64,000 bases of DNA from Octopus sinensis. Lineage: Eukaryota. A program made the translations under genes and the position numbers. The DNA lies in the NCBI RefSeq assembly GCF_006345805.1, contig NC_043017.1, positions 2,914,001-2,978,000 of the forward strand. The letters are read 5' to 3'. The notes beneath the pieces were generated by a model. It ran no database searches. It was not told the origin of the DNA and worked only from the letters and a program-made list of their open reading frames with translations. Every line of letters starts with the position of its first letter. The stretch's first letter is position 1. Shown piece after piece: positions 12,144 through 24,759 of the stretch.

Positions 12144-13632
12144 TTATCCAGTAATTTTTTGCTAGTTTATTTTGTCTCTTTGTCTTCTCTCCTGGTGCTG
12201 TAAGAACATTTTATGTGTTTTAGAGTCAAGTTTTGGCTGCTACTTCCAGCGTGGTGGTATCTCTTAGATACCATAAATTATGATTTTAATAATAATTATT
12301 ACATTTGAAGGTTTTTGTTCCCATGCTGGCCACCTGATAAGATCGGTATTTAAATAATGATCTTATCCTCATTTATATATTAGAGAGAAAATGACAGGGA
12401 AACTGTATACTTGTATCAATGGATCGTGACGCAGCTTTTTTAAACTGGTTGGTGTGACGTATAACCACTTCTTGATCTATAAACGAGCAATGATCACTGA
12501 CGGATTATAATTTCGAACGTTTAATGCAAACTAAAACGATTACCCTTCATTCCAAAATGTCTTCATCTATTTAACCTAATTTCGTTTTTTTTTATTTATA
12601 CGCGATGTGAAAATTGCATATGAAATAGAGGGAGATTACCAGCATTAGGAATTTTATATCAAAAGCGTATGAAGTGATACATGACAATATCTGTGTAGGC
12701 AAACTGATTAGAAACCAACGCCAGAAGATCTAAAATACGAAAAAATATAAATAAATATATAATACTTGGCACAAACTTAATGAGAAAAATAAATAAAAAT
12801 TATATCGCAAAATCATGACAGTTAAGTAAGCGAGTTAAAGATAAACAAACCATTATTTATATGTTAGCTTCAATAAAACATTGTTTAACATGTCTTAAGA
12901 GATTTGGAGGCGAAGAAAATATAATTGCTTCAAACGATTTTCTCGGTATGATTAAAGAAATTACAGAGGAGGGAGACTGAGAAGATGGATACACTGTAGA
13001 CAAAAATGCCTCGTGGTATTTAATAAGTCCTAAATTCAGAGCGACAGCAGGGTTGTTTCTGCTCTTTTATCCTTACGGAGCCGATGAAAATAAATGTTTT
13101 TCAAATAGTGGAGTCGATTAAATGGACAAGATGCCATGCCCTTGTCAGAAATCATTAATTTGAATTACCAGCAATTTATTATTATAATTAACGTAGGGGG
13201 TTGAGAACACACCCAAGAGGCTAATAGGTTACGCTTTTTTACCTACTAAGTCAAAATATCATTCAGAACATATTTACTTTCATCCTTTCGATGTCAATAA
13301 AGCAACAAATGTGACGTACAGCAAGTAGTCCTATCTTCTCACCACTTCGCGTCTAGGTTAAGAAACTTGCTCAAGAGCAACTCTAAATGGATTATAAATA
13401 TATCCATGGTTTCACCGATTACTAATCCGGTCTTGGTTGGTAAAACTGATGCATATATCAAACTGTATTATCGAATTCAAGTCGAATATTCTTAACAGGA
13501 GAACCTATAGACTGTTTTCAATATGATTCCATATTTCAGCAATTCCATTTCAGGTCTTTCACAAGATCATATCGTATTTTACGAATAAATTACTAATATA
13601 TGTATGTCTGTATATATATAAGTATATATATA

Positions 13633-13666
<34 letters not shown>

Positions 13667-13668
13667 CA

Positions 13669-13709
<41 letters not shown>

Positions 13710-13850
13710 ATATATATATATATATATATATGTATTTGTGTGTGTGTGTGTGTGTGTATTTGTATACACACATATATATACATGCAAGTATATATGTGTA
13801 TGTATATGTATGTATGTATATATATAAGTATACGTACATATATACATAAA

Positions 13851-13882
<32 letters not shown>

Positions 13883-14332
13883 AATATATATATATATGTA
13901 TATATGTATGTATGTATGTATGTATGCATGCATGTATGTATATAGATATGTGCGGTTTAATAAGGCGTACATAATTTTAGATTATTCAGAATATTTGTTC
14001 AAATTCTTTGCAGCCTTTTTCTTTATGTTTGCCAATTTAATTATTTCACTGAGAAATATTTCTACATACAATTATTTTTGGTGACCTCAATATTCGATAT
14101 AATTAAAAACTTAATTATTAATTAATAATCTTGTCATACAGCAGCCATTAAAATATTTCAAAAATCAACTGCGGACGTGTTCTAATGCGTGTATAAAACA
14201 CGTACAAACACACATGCACACTGACATAAAATATACACATACGTGTGTAGATATACATCCATGTATCAACACATACATACTTATATACATGTACATACAT
14301 GCATGCACTTACACACGCATATACATACATGC

Positions 14333-14369
<37 letters not shown>

Positions 14370-14388
14370 CATATATATGTATATATAC

Positions 14389-14423
<35 letters not shown>

Positions 14424-14532
14424 ATATATATATATATATAATGTGGATAAATTAAAAGATAGAGTCAAACGCAGGTGCTATACATACACATTGAAAAAAT
14501 ATACATACATTTATATATACATGCATATATAT

Positions 14533-14566
<34 letters not shown>

Positions 14567-14619
14567 GTTTGTTTGTGTGTGTGTATGTAACTGTGTTTGT
14601 GTGTGCGCGCATGTGTGCA

Positions 14620-14825
14620 TGTGTGTCCCCCCACCAACGCATGACAACCGGTGTTGGCTTGTTTACATCTTCGTAACTTAGCGGTTCGACAAAAGACACC
14701 GATAGCATAAGTACCAAGCTATAAAATCGATTTCAAAAATCTACTGCAATCAATACGTTCTATTTTGTACTTCTGCACGATAGTGCCCCAGCCTGGCCGC
14801 AGTCTAATGACTGAAACATGCAAAA
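14620..14825 (+). mobile_element. SINE family A, 3' half, diverged
   Basis: gacaaccggtgttgg...cgtaacttagcggttcgacaaaagacaccgatag...ggccgcagtctaatgactgaaac. Confidence 0.75.
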
Positions 14826-15105
14826 ACAATTAAAAAAACACACAAAATCTAACAGTCATCTGCAAATACATATGTAATAGACTGAAAATTGTAGCTGCAG
14901 TTAATCTAGCGGTGATGTTGTCATCGGCGAAAGAACCAAGATGGCGGTGTTCTTGCAGCATCTGAACGGCAAACAGAATGGTCTTCTATTCACCGAGTTT
15001 GTATTCCACTTAACAAGTATTTTACGCATGCGATTTGGTACTAATGAGTGTCGACTGATTCATATTTGCTTATCTATATTCATATACTGCTTCCACCTAT
15101 ATATG

Positions 15106-15138
<33 letters not shown>

Positions 15139-15295
15139 TGCGTGTGTGTGTATGTGTGCGTGCGTGAGTATGTGTGTGTATGTGTGTGTGTGTGTGTGTG
15201 TGATGGTCTATTAGAGAAAACTACTGAAGACATAACATTTAAATTATTCGTTAGACAATTGACTGATAAACAATATTAGAAGTATGTTAATATAC

Positions 15296-15328
<33 letters not shown>

Positions 15329-15468
15329 TGTACGTATATATATATATACATGTATATATGTATATATATCTATATATATATATATATATAAATACATACA
15401 TTATATATATATAGAGATTTATATATATATTTATAAATACATAAATTATATATAAATATATATATATA

Positions 15469-15855
15469 TATATATACCAATTAAGGACTGAACACGAAAA
15501 GTGGACAGTCAACATGCTAGATATAGACGTCAAATCGCCATTCACCACAAAAGATTATGTTCTCAGATCAAACTCAACACAAAACCATAGCAATAAACAA
15601 GTGAAAAATATACGAAATAAAATAATTACCCATGCTGATGATGGCTGCAGTTTTCCTTGCGGAAAATAACAGCTGAAACTAATTTAGTACATGGGTAATT
15701 ATTTTATTTCGTATATTTTTCACTTGTTTATTGCTATGGTTTTGTGTTGAGTTTGATCTGAGAACATAATCTTTTGTGGTGAATGGCGATTTGATGTCTA
15801 TATCTAGCATGTTGACTGTCCACTTTTCGTGTTCAGTCCTTAATTGGTATATATA
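15469..15855. repeat. Near-perfect inverted repeat with 166-bp arms, embedded in (TA)n
   Basis: 15469-15634 is the reverse complement of 15690-15855 with one difference (gacgtc vs gatgtc, a G-U pair in a + strand transcript). The outer limits are blurred by the (TA)n flanks. Confidence 0.95.
15631..15693 (+). ncRNA. Type I hammerhead ribozyme with complete core
   Basis: catg-CTGATGA(15635-41)-t-ggctg/cagct stem II with inner gttttcc(ttgc)ggaaaat hairpin-GAAAC-ta(att)ta-GTA(15687-89)-catg. Predicted cleavage is 3' of 15689. Confidence 0.85.
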
Positions 15856-15932
15856 AATATTTTAATCTTCGGATTCTTTTTTAATATGCTAGACCACTGG
15901 TCTTAATTGATAAATATCAATTTCTACCCTTA

Positions 15933-15973
<41 letters not shown>

Positions 15974-16365
15974 TATATAAATATAAATATATATATATAA
16001 TGTTAATATAGCACAAGCTATCAGAAATAATACATTTACAATAATTATACTATTCGTTTTTATATAGAAACAAAATAATTTATAATACGTATGCAAATAT
16101 GTGACAAATTGGATATGAGTATGAGAGTGTGTGTATGTGTGTGTGGGGAGGATTGTGTGTCTCGGTGTATATGTGTGAGGGCGCCTTTCTGTCGATTGAG
16201 TGTGTATTAATAAACATACAACCTAAATTGGCTGTCGTATTTATAACGCCGTAGACTGCGGTAAACGTTTCCAAAAATCATTTTGTTTGGGCGACAAAGG
16301 TTAAGAAGTATGGAACTGGATGCTGACGATATACACATACATATATAGCAGCGGACGAAATACCT

Positions 16366-16593
16366 GTTTCTTTACTACTCACAAGGGGATAAACACAGAG
16401 GGGACAAACAAGGACAGACAAACGGATTAAGTCGATTATATCGACCCCAGTGCGTAGCTGGTACTTAATTTATCGATCCCGAATGGATGAAAGGCAAAAT
16501 CGACCTCGGCGGAATTTGAACTCAGAACGTAACGACAGACGAAATACGGCTACGCATTTCGCCCGGCGTGCTAACGTTTCTGCCAGCTCGCCT
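16366..16593 (-). mobile_element. SINE family B, full length
   Basis: Reverse complement of the 11776 copy. Confidence 0.92.
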
Positions 16594-17159
16594 CCTTTAC
16601 AAGCTTCTTACCACACGACAACTCCTACGCCTAGATACACATATGGTCAATCTCATGTTTTTAGAAACTTTTCTTTAATATTCTACAGAGATAACTATAA
16701 AACGCCAAAGTAACATTTTGTAATAAATAGATTCTAGTTTGGATAAGGATGATTATAATTCTGTTAATATGCGTTGGAAATCTCTCAAATGTTCTTTCTT
16801 ATAAATATATTTGTTGGACCTTGTGCAATAAGTACTATATGCTGCTGGTTTGATCAAAGCGCAACTGGAGACATTTTAATGAGAGTCTCCTGTAGTTGTC
16901 CCCCATAGCATCTGACCGTACATTTGCTTAAATAAAAAATAATTGGCGATGAGAATTTCTCTTATAATTGAAATTTACGGAAGATTTAGAAAAAAAAAAT
17001 TCTGTTTAAGTATCTCTGTTCACCAAGATGAAACACTTGTTGCCATGAATATCAACTCAAGGAAATTAGTCCGTTGGACACAGATAGGCTTAGAAGATCA
17101 CGTGGTGTATGTGTTACATTTACTCTCACACTAAAGCCTATGCAAATGTACATACATAC

Positions 17160-17850
17160 GCGTGTGCGCGTCGGAGTGTCAACATATGTGTGCGTGTGCG
17201 TGATTGAGTATTTTTGAGTGCGTCAACCCTTGGATGTGTGTGTGTGTGTGTGTGTGTCAACGCGTGTGTGTGCCCTCATCTACGCACGCACATGTCTGTG
17301 TGCGTGAATGTGTGTGTGTGTGTGTTAACATGTGTGTCCTCATCTACGCACACGCGTGTTTGTGTGCGTGGATGTGTGTGAGCGAGAGAGAATGTATGTG
17401 TGTGTGTGTGTGTGTGTGTGCTTGTCAGTGTGTTCCTCGCGTCGACGAATGTTTCTCTGTGTGTGCCAAAGAAACGTGTGTCTGTTTGCGTCAAGATGTG
17501 TGTGTATCCGTGTGTGCGCGTAAACGTGTGCATGAGTGCGTATGCGTGCGTGTGTGTGCGCGCGCGCGTGTGTACATCAACGTGTGTATGGATGTGCATG
17601 TGTATGTGTGTGTATATGTGTGTCCGCGTCAGCGTGTGTATAAGTGTGTGTGTATGTGTTTGTGTTAGTGTGCGCGCGTCAACGTGTGTATGAATGTGTA
17701 TGTGTGTGATGTGTGTGTTGTGTGTATGTGCATGTGTGTGAGTGCGTATGTGCACGTCAACGTGTCTATGTGTATCCGCGTGTTCGCATCAGCGTACGTT
17801 TGACTGCGTGTGCGTGTGTGTGTGTGTGTGTGAATGTGTGTGAGTTTGTC
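17160..17850. repeat. Degenerate (GT)n-based satellite with recurring GTCAAC-like spacer
   Basis: (gt)n blocks are punctuated by gcgtcaac/gtgtcaac/catcaac/gcgtcagc. Confidence 0.7.
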
Positions 17851-18520
17851 GATTGCTGGCAAAAACTTTGGCAATAATTCTTCTGAATCGACTCAATTAT
17901 TATCTAACAAAACAAAATCTGCTGCCAGAAAGCCAAGGTTGCATTCCTTGTGAAAAGGACACTCCGGATGTGAACTACACGGGGAAACTGATTCAGAAAA
18001 ATGTGTAAGGAACAAAATCAGGTTCTGTGTAAAACCTCTGTTGAACTCACAAAAGCGTTTAACAAAATGAGTTGTGATGGTTTAAAGAGAGTCCTCGCTA
18101 AATATAATCGTCAACCCATGTTCGTGCATATGGTGCATTCAATTTCATATTGGTGCGCTAGTGGCTGTTGGGAGCAACGGAAATGTCTGTAGCATTTGCT
18201 GTTACAAATGGTGAGCAACAGGGTTTTGTCTTAGGGCCTATTTTCCTTAGCAGCGTATTCTCAGCCAACTTATAAGAGGCCTTTAGAACACCTACACATA
18301 GAATTCCTGTTAGATACAGATACCATGGCTTGCATGAACCAAAGATAAGTGTCTAAGTGTCTACGGTTCGATGAAATGATGTCTGCAATCGGTTGTGGGT
18401 TACATGAGTCGGATAATTTCAGGTTGCAAGCATATACTGATCAATACACAGGCCTCACATCAACTCTTCTCTCACTATCGTCACACCGAAAATCAGAAGT
18501 GCCGTATCAATCTTTTAGGC
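17851..18520 (+). mobile_element. RTE-clade LINE reverse transcriptase fragment, pseudogenised
   Basis: Translations ...LAIILLNRLNYYLTKQNLLPESQG, KMCKEQNQVL...ELTKAFNKMS, FAVTNGEQQGFVLGPIFLS and KSEVPYQ follow the RTE motifs LPESQCGFR, EKCREQN...DLTKAFD, VTNGVKQGCVLAP and KTEVMxQ in order. Confidence 0.85.
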
Positions 18521-18673
18521 ATGTGTTTAATGTGAAACATCTGGGATTAAAATTACAAGCATTATAATTTGTTTGAAAACTCTTGAAACACGTAGGCGGG
18601 AAATCTGTACATAGTAACTTTAAGCCGACGAGTCGGCAGAATGGGTTTACCCGGCGGGTAAACTGCTTAGCGG

Positions 18674-18986
18674 GGGCGCAATGGCCCAGTGGTTAGGGCA
18701 GCGGACTCGCGGTCGGAGGATCGCGGTTTTTATTCCCAGACCGGGCGTTGTGTGTGTTTATTGAGCGAAAACACCTAAAGCTCCACGAGGCTCCGGCAGG
18801 GGCTGGTAACGACCCCTGTTGTACTCTTTCGCCCCAACATTCTCTCACTCTTTCTTCCTGTTTCTTGAGTAACGCTGCGATGGACTGGCGTCCTGTCCAG
18901 CTGGAGGTAACACATACGCCATAGAAACTGGGAAACCGGGCCCATGAGCCTGGCTAGCCTTGAAAAGGGCGCATAAAATATAAAAA
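18674..18986 (+). mobile_element. tRNA-derived SINE family C (V-SINE-like core) with 15-bp TSD, nested in a family B copy
   Basis: tRNA-like head ggcgcaatggcccagtggttag...ttcccag and core gtaacgctgcgatggactggcgtcctgtccag. Direct repeat taaactgcttagcgg at 18659-18673 and 18987-19001. Confidence 0.9.
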
Positions 18987-20254
18987 TAAACTGCTTAGCG
19001 GTAATTAGTCCGCCTCTACTTTCTGAGTTAAAATTCCGCCGAGGTCGATTTGAGAGGCAAAGTTTTAAACATCTCTAAAAATTGTTACAAGTTGAAACAA
19101 TTTATTTAAGTTTTAGAATTTATATTAAAGAACATTGTGAGAAATTGTAGATCAAATGCAAAACTATGATTATGAACTATTTTGGGAAGACAACGTTGAT
19201 CTCATTGTGTATTTAAATTTTAAATTTTCCCAAAGTAATTCAATGTTAGACGTTGTATATTTTTTTTATGTATAAGCATAAAGCGGGGAGTTAAAAGTAG
19301 AAGAGAATTCTTGAATTAAATCACTTTTCTCCTTTATTTTATTCACTATCCTTTTACTTACCACATTAAATATTTTATAACCATTGTTGTCTTGTACATT
19401 CTACAATTATTCTATCACACCCATTGTAGGAAAGTACTTTAAACATCATTCTTATATCGGAATTATGCAAAACCGCCACCTCGATCTTGCTACAAAAATA
19501 TTTCAGAGACCTATAAGAATTTTATTTAAATTATCTTCTTCAAAAGACTGCACAGCTCATAAAAAATTGAAATGGTGAGCTATGTTTTTTAATACAGACG
19601 TTACAGACGAAGAATAGTTTCAACATTTTGGATTTAAATTTGATATGTCTCTGCGACCACCAAACATTTTATTATAAACATTCGCGAAAGATCTGTTGAA
19701 AATTATGAAGAACATTAAGTTTTAAGTAAGAGCTGAACCAATTGTAGGAGGGCGTCAAGTTGGAATTGAAAAGATTTAATGGTAGTAATAATGTTTTTGC
19801 TCCTTCAGATAAATCTAAAAACTTATATCAAATCAATAATCGCAAATACCATATATTCTTATCTTATGCAATTAAGATCGATTTACAAAAAAGAAACAAA
19901 ACCAAAACAGATCAAATTTTCTAATCTTATCAGACTAACAATACAGAAAACAAAAAAGTACTAAATATTGAAGATAGAGCGTATGGATTTAGAAAACCCA
20001 CATTTTACATAAAAATATTATAAAACTAATTCCTTACTCTGCGACCAACCTTTTAATCTCACATACACTAATATTGTTATCATTGGTCGCAAATTTTGGC
20101 ACATGGGCAGCCATTTCGGAGAAGGAGGTAAGTCGATGACATCGATTCCAATGTTTAATAAGTATTTCTTTTATCGACCCTGAAATGATTAAAATAAAGT
20201 CAACCTTAGCGGAACTTGAACGCAGAACATACAGTCGGCGCAGAACGTATAGTC

Positions 20255-20482
20255 AGCGAGCTGTCAGAAACGTTAGCACGCCGAGCGAAATGCCTAGCGG
20301 TATTTCGTTTGCGTTACGTTGAGAGTTCAAATTCCGCCGAGGTCGACTTTGCCTTTCATCCTTTCGGGGTCGATAAATTAAGTACCAGTTACGCACTGGG
20401 GTCGATATAATCGACTTAATCCGTATGTCTGTCCTTGTTTGTCCTCTCTGTGTTTAGTCCCTTGTGGGTAGTAAAGAAATAA
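20255..20482 (+). mobile_element. SINE family B, full length, flanked by older minus-strand fragments
   Basis: Near-identical to the 11776 copy. Minus-strand remnants lie at ~20095-20230 and ~20485-20595. Confidence 0.9.
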
Positions 20483-20719
20483 ATATTTACTTCATCGAAC
20501 TTGCGGGAATTTGAACTCAGAAAGTAAAGACGGACGAAATGCTGCTAAGCATTTTGTCCGGCGTGCTAAAGAAATTCTGGCTGCTCACCGCCGTGGCACG
20601 AGTGAATTAATGTATATAACCCATTGTTGACCAATTAACAAGAATCAATGTAATGTCAGACAAAGCGGTAGAATCTTTACACGAAGTGTTTAATGCTTGG
20701 ATGTAGGAATTCGACTCAC

Positions 20720-20817
20720 GGCGGAATGACGTCGATTTTGCAGTTATCATCTTTGCAGAATTGATCAAATATGTGCCAGTCGTGTTCGGGTATCGATATC
20801 ATTAACTACTTCTTACA
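20720..20817 (-). CDS. Unproven exon candidate (MISIPEHDWHIFDQFCKDDNCKIDVIP...)
   Basis: ttttttag acceptor-like site, ATG at 20802, open frame to a GTGAGT donor at 20719. No homology recognised. Confidence 0.2.
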
Positions 20818-21914
20818 CTAAAAAACCGATAGGGCTGCTAACCCGTTGATCGATACCACTGAACACTGAACTGTTAAGCAATTAAATCTATTTATTCATA
20901 GTTCTATGTATAATAAAGAAATAAATAAATTGTGGTAATAGTCTCATTGAAATCAGTCTATTTTCACGGCATTTCACTTCATTGCACCATTCTTGTCATT
21001 TCATTTTCCAATTTGAATTCATTTATTTTATTCCATTACCAAATATATTGCATTGCAAAATTATAATTTACACTAATAGTTGTCCGCTACAATTAGTAGA
21101 TATTCAAGTATTGTATGGGACTAATTATTGAAGAAGACAACCAATTTAGCAGTGAAAGCTGGACAAACGGTTTTTATCAAAAGAGTGCTGACGACTTGAA
21201 GTTATTCAGATGATCAATAGGTCACGTTATTGTTGTTGTTTTAGAATGTATGGTTGTTGTTGCAGCAGTTGTTGTTGTTGTTGTGCGTAGGTGCGGGTCG
21301 GGCCTGCTTGAAGAAGACTTATGATCAAATAGCATCCAACTGTGCCCACCTCATCTTTTTGTGTATCTAAAACTGTAACGGAGTGCGTGTTTGTGTGTGT
21401 AATATTTTCGAAGAAGATAAAGGTTTGATATTAGGGAGATGGATGGAGTTGCTATGTCTAGCAGGTCGAACGGGAGGGCAGAAATTTGCCTTACGTTAGT
21501 TGTCTATTTCTTCATCGTCCATATTAAACAGAAAATAGAATGTATATTCAGGTGTCACAAAAATTCGTTCGTTTGTTTTTTCTACTTTGGTACTTCATCG
21601 TAAAATGTCAGAATAAAGGTAAAATTGATTTTAAATTTCACAAACGACAAAGAAAAGTTGTTGAGAGGAAGAATAAAGCTATCAAAAACAAAAGAGAAAA
21701 GAAACACAATAAAACACAACGATAACGTTTTCTTTTTCAATTTAATTCAAATTAAAATATTAAGAAAGGAGTTGAAAAATAATTCCCCTAAAAGCGAATG
21801 AATTTATCTCACAATCCCATCGATGGCTGTTCCAGCTGAGATCTTAACAAAACTACGTTCAAAAGCTCTTCAACTGCAAACACCCCGGATATTTGTCCTC
21901 ATCTTGTTTCTTGC

Positions 21915-21960
21915 TAACACAACATTTCGATTGATACACCCTCCAGCCTTCTTCAGGTGT
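21915..21960 (-). ncRNA. Decayed minimal hammerhead in a Penelope-like terminal repeat
   Basis: Minus strand reads acac-CTGAAGA-a-ggctg...caatc-GAAAT-GTT-gtgt. Stem I ACAC/GUGU is intact and stem II is partly mismatched. Confidence 0.5.
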
Positions 21961-22224
21961 CCTGGGGAAATTTCGAACCTGGGTTCTCATTCCTAAGGTA
22001 TTTTTCTGTTGTTGTTGTTATTATTAATATTATTATTATTATTATTATTATATTATTATTATTATTATTATTATTGTTATTATTATTATTATTATCATTA
22101 TTGTTATTGTTCAGGTCACTGCTTGGAATACACCCACGACATATGGCGTAGTGGTTAAGAGCGTGGGCTACTAACCTCAAGATTTTGAGATCGATTCCAA
22201 GCAGTGACCTGAATAACAACAATA

Positions 22225-22529
22225 CCTTTTGCAGGGGGCCGAAGTGATGATAGTCTGAAGATGCTAAATTACAGTAGTGAAAAAATACAGTAGTGAAAAC
22301 AGTAGTGAAGAAGTGGCTCAAATAACAGTCAATAGAATTTTACGGGGTAGGGATACATGCCCTCATTCGAATGTGGAACATTGCTATTGGTAGAAACGGT
22401 GACTATGTTGGGAAGTAGGGATGTGGTCCACAGAGGACCAGCTTCATTTTGATGTATAATACATTTTACTGTGTTGGTAAATATACCTGTCTTGAACAAA
22501 ATGACATTACTTTTTTAATCATCCTCGTA
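22225..22529 (+). mobile_element. Mariner 3' end (transposase C-terminus plus TIR)
   Basis: Translation VKTVVKKWLK*QSIEFYGVGIHALIRMWNIAIGRNGDYVGK matches the mariner C-terminus. It ends in ttacttttttaatcatcctcgTA. Confidence 0.8.
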
Positions 22530-22663
22530 TATACATATACACATACATACATACATACATACATACATAAATACATACATACATACATACATACATACAT
22601 ACACACATACATACATACACACATGCATACATACATACATACATACATATATACATACATACA

Positions 22664-22697
<34 letters not shown>

Positions 22698-23603
22698 AGA
22701 TCCTAAAAGGACGAACTGAATAATCAACCAAATTATGGATATACAATAATATTAGGTGGTCCAGCTGGGAAGTTTTTATAGATTTGCGTGGTGGCCACAT
22801 CCTGCTCTGGAAGTGAACGAGAGGAATCTCATATATGTAGGTCTCATTCGACCTCTAATTAGATTTTATTTATATATATATAAACATAGCTATGGAATAA
22901 TTGAGCAAATATTTCAGACGAAAATGTGTCGAGGGAAACAATAAATAAAAAAAAAATATTAAAAATAATAAGAATAATTTTAAAAAAAGACCTCACTATA
23001 CTAAAGCAAAATCTTAATGCTTATGTATAATTACGTATAACATTGATGTTGAAAGTATTTTAATTAGAATATGTAACAAGAGAGAAAAGAAAATATAGAA
23101 TCAAATCTCTTCCAAAAATATTAAAAACTAAGCGAAGAAAATCGTATGAAAATGTCTATACGAGTAACGAAAGAAACCTGATATTTGATATTTAAAAATA
23201 TGAAAGAAATTCCAACAAAAAAACTATATTTCAAATATGAAATAATTTCGCTGTTTAATTCGGTAAAAAACACGATTCAGCTGAAATGTTTTTCAGTGTA
23301 ACTCTGAAGCCTAATTTTCAAGTCTCGAGTTAGCGTAATTTACGTAGTCACGTGTTTGTATTTCAATACTTTTCTCATGGCTTTTTCATTGCAAAACATA
23401 CTTTTCATCGTGATCTTTTGCAGGATCACAGACACCGAAAAAAAAAAGAGAGAAAGAAAATAGGGGGAAGATCTTACTATTTGATGTTATAAAGCTGGGA
23501 TGAAATGAGGAAGACGATGTGATTTTAACGTTACTTTACCGCAAAGGAAAGCAAAAAACATCCGGTTATTATCAGAGTAAAGATTTGTTTCATTACATTT
23601 CAG

Positions 23604-23639
23604 AACTGTGGAGCGCTACGGGCCTCTGCGGGCGACAAG
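23604..23639 (+). CDS. Unproven 36-bp micro-exon candidate
   Basis: ttgtttcattacatttcag|aactgtggagcgctacgggcctctgcgggcgacaag|gtatcg. It is a GC-rich island, a multiple of 3, and open in all three frames. Confidence 0.25.
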
Positions 23640-24062
23640 GTATCGGGATGTGGTTTTGAACAAAGTGAAATTTGAAATCCATATTTGAAGAACAGGTGAA
23701 GATCATCGAATGAGCTTAGCTGAATATTGTTTCTACTAGATGTCAAACACAAATCGTACGCAGACATTATTTAGCCAATGCTCAGTACAATTATGAAGCG
23801 CAGGCAATAGATTAGACACGGATGCTGGCTCACAGATTAATCTACGGTTTTATAAACTTTGCGATTTTCCTAACTTTTGTTCTGCATCGAAATATTAGGA
23901 TTAAGAAATATATATTTAAATAGAGACAACATTTAAATATTTCACATTCATAGCTAGTAGTGTGGTGTCATTCGAAAGATGAAACGATGTCCAGAGCATT
24001 GTGATTAGCGGTGTATAACAACATGCGATCGTTTGGTTGATTGTAGCGGCAGGCGAAACACC

Positions 24063-24290
24063 TATTTACTACCCACAAGGGGCTAAACACAGAGGAGACG
24101 AACGAGGACAGACAAACAGATTAAGTCGATTGTATTGAGCTCCAGTGCGTAACTGGTACTTATTTAATCGACCACGAAAGGATAAAAGGCAAAGTCGTCC
24201 TCGACAAAATTTGAACTTAGAACGCAGCGGCGGACGAAATACCACAAAGCATTTCGCCCGGCGTGCTAACGTTTCTGCCAGCTCGTCGCC
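24063..24290 (-). mobile_element. SINE family B, full length
   Basis: Reverse complement of the 11776 copy. Confidence 0.9.
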
Positions 24291-24713
24291 CTATATATAT
24301 ATTGGGGGGGGGGGTGTGTGTGTGTGTGTGTGTGTATGTTTACAAGGTAAACCTTGTTTTTGTGCAAGCATACAAGGCGGAGATAGGATAAAACTCTCTC
24401 AAAAAAAAAGAAAAAGTTAAGAGGAGAAATCTTTTTAGGAGAGACAGGGTAATACGGTAAGATTTCTGTAAATACACATATATGGAGTCCATAAAAGAGA
24501 CACGAGTTCAAGTCTCATTTATGTCACAGTTTTTTCCTTTATTATTCAGCTGTTTCTTTTTCTATTTCTTTTGTTACCTTTGTATAATTTTACACGAAAA
24601 CAGTATGATTAAATATACAAACACACACACACACTACACATATATATATATATATATGTATACACACACACATACATACATACATACATATATATATATG
24701 TATACACACACAC

Positions 24714-24759
<46 letters not shown>

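Noticed and set aside
14930-15110. CAAGATGGCG (YY1-like) word followed by a 55-codon ORF, and a minus-strand FADD string
   Set aside because: A single short motif with no other promoter or RT context.
18674-18750. tRNA-like sequences at SINE heads (also 4560, 49625, 52445, 55677, 63388)
   Set aside because: They continue into SINE bodies and lack a complete cloverleaf and acceptor stem, so they are not tRNA genes.
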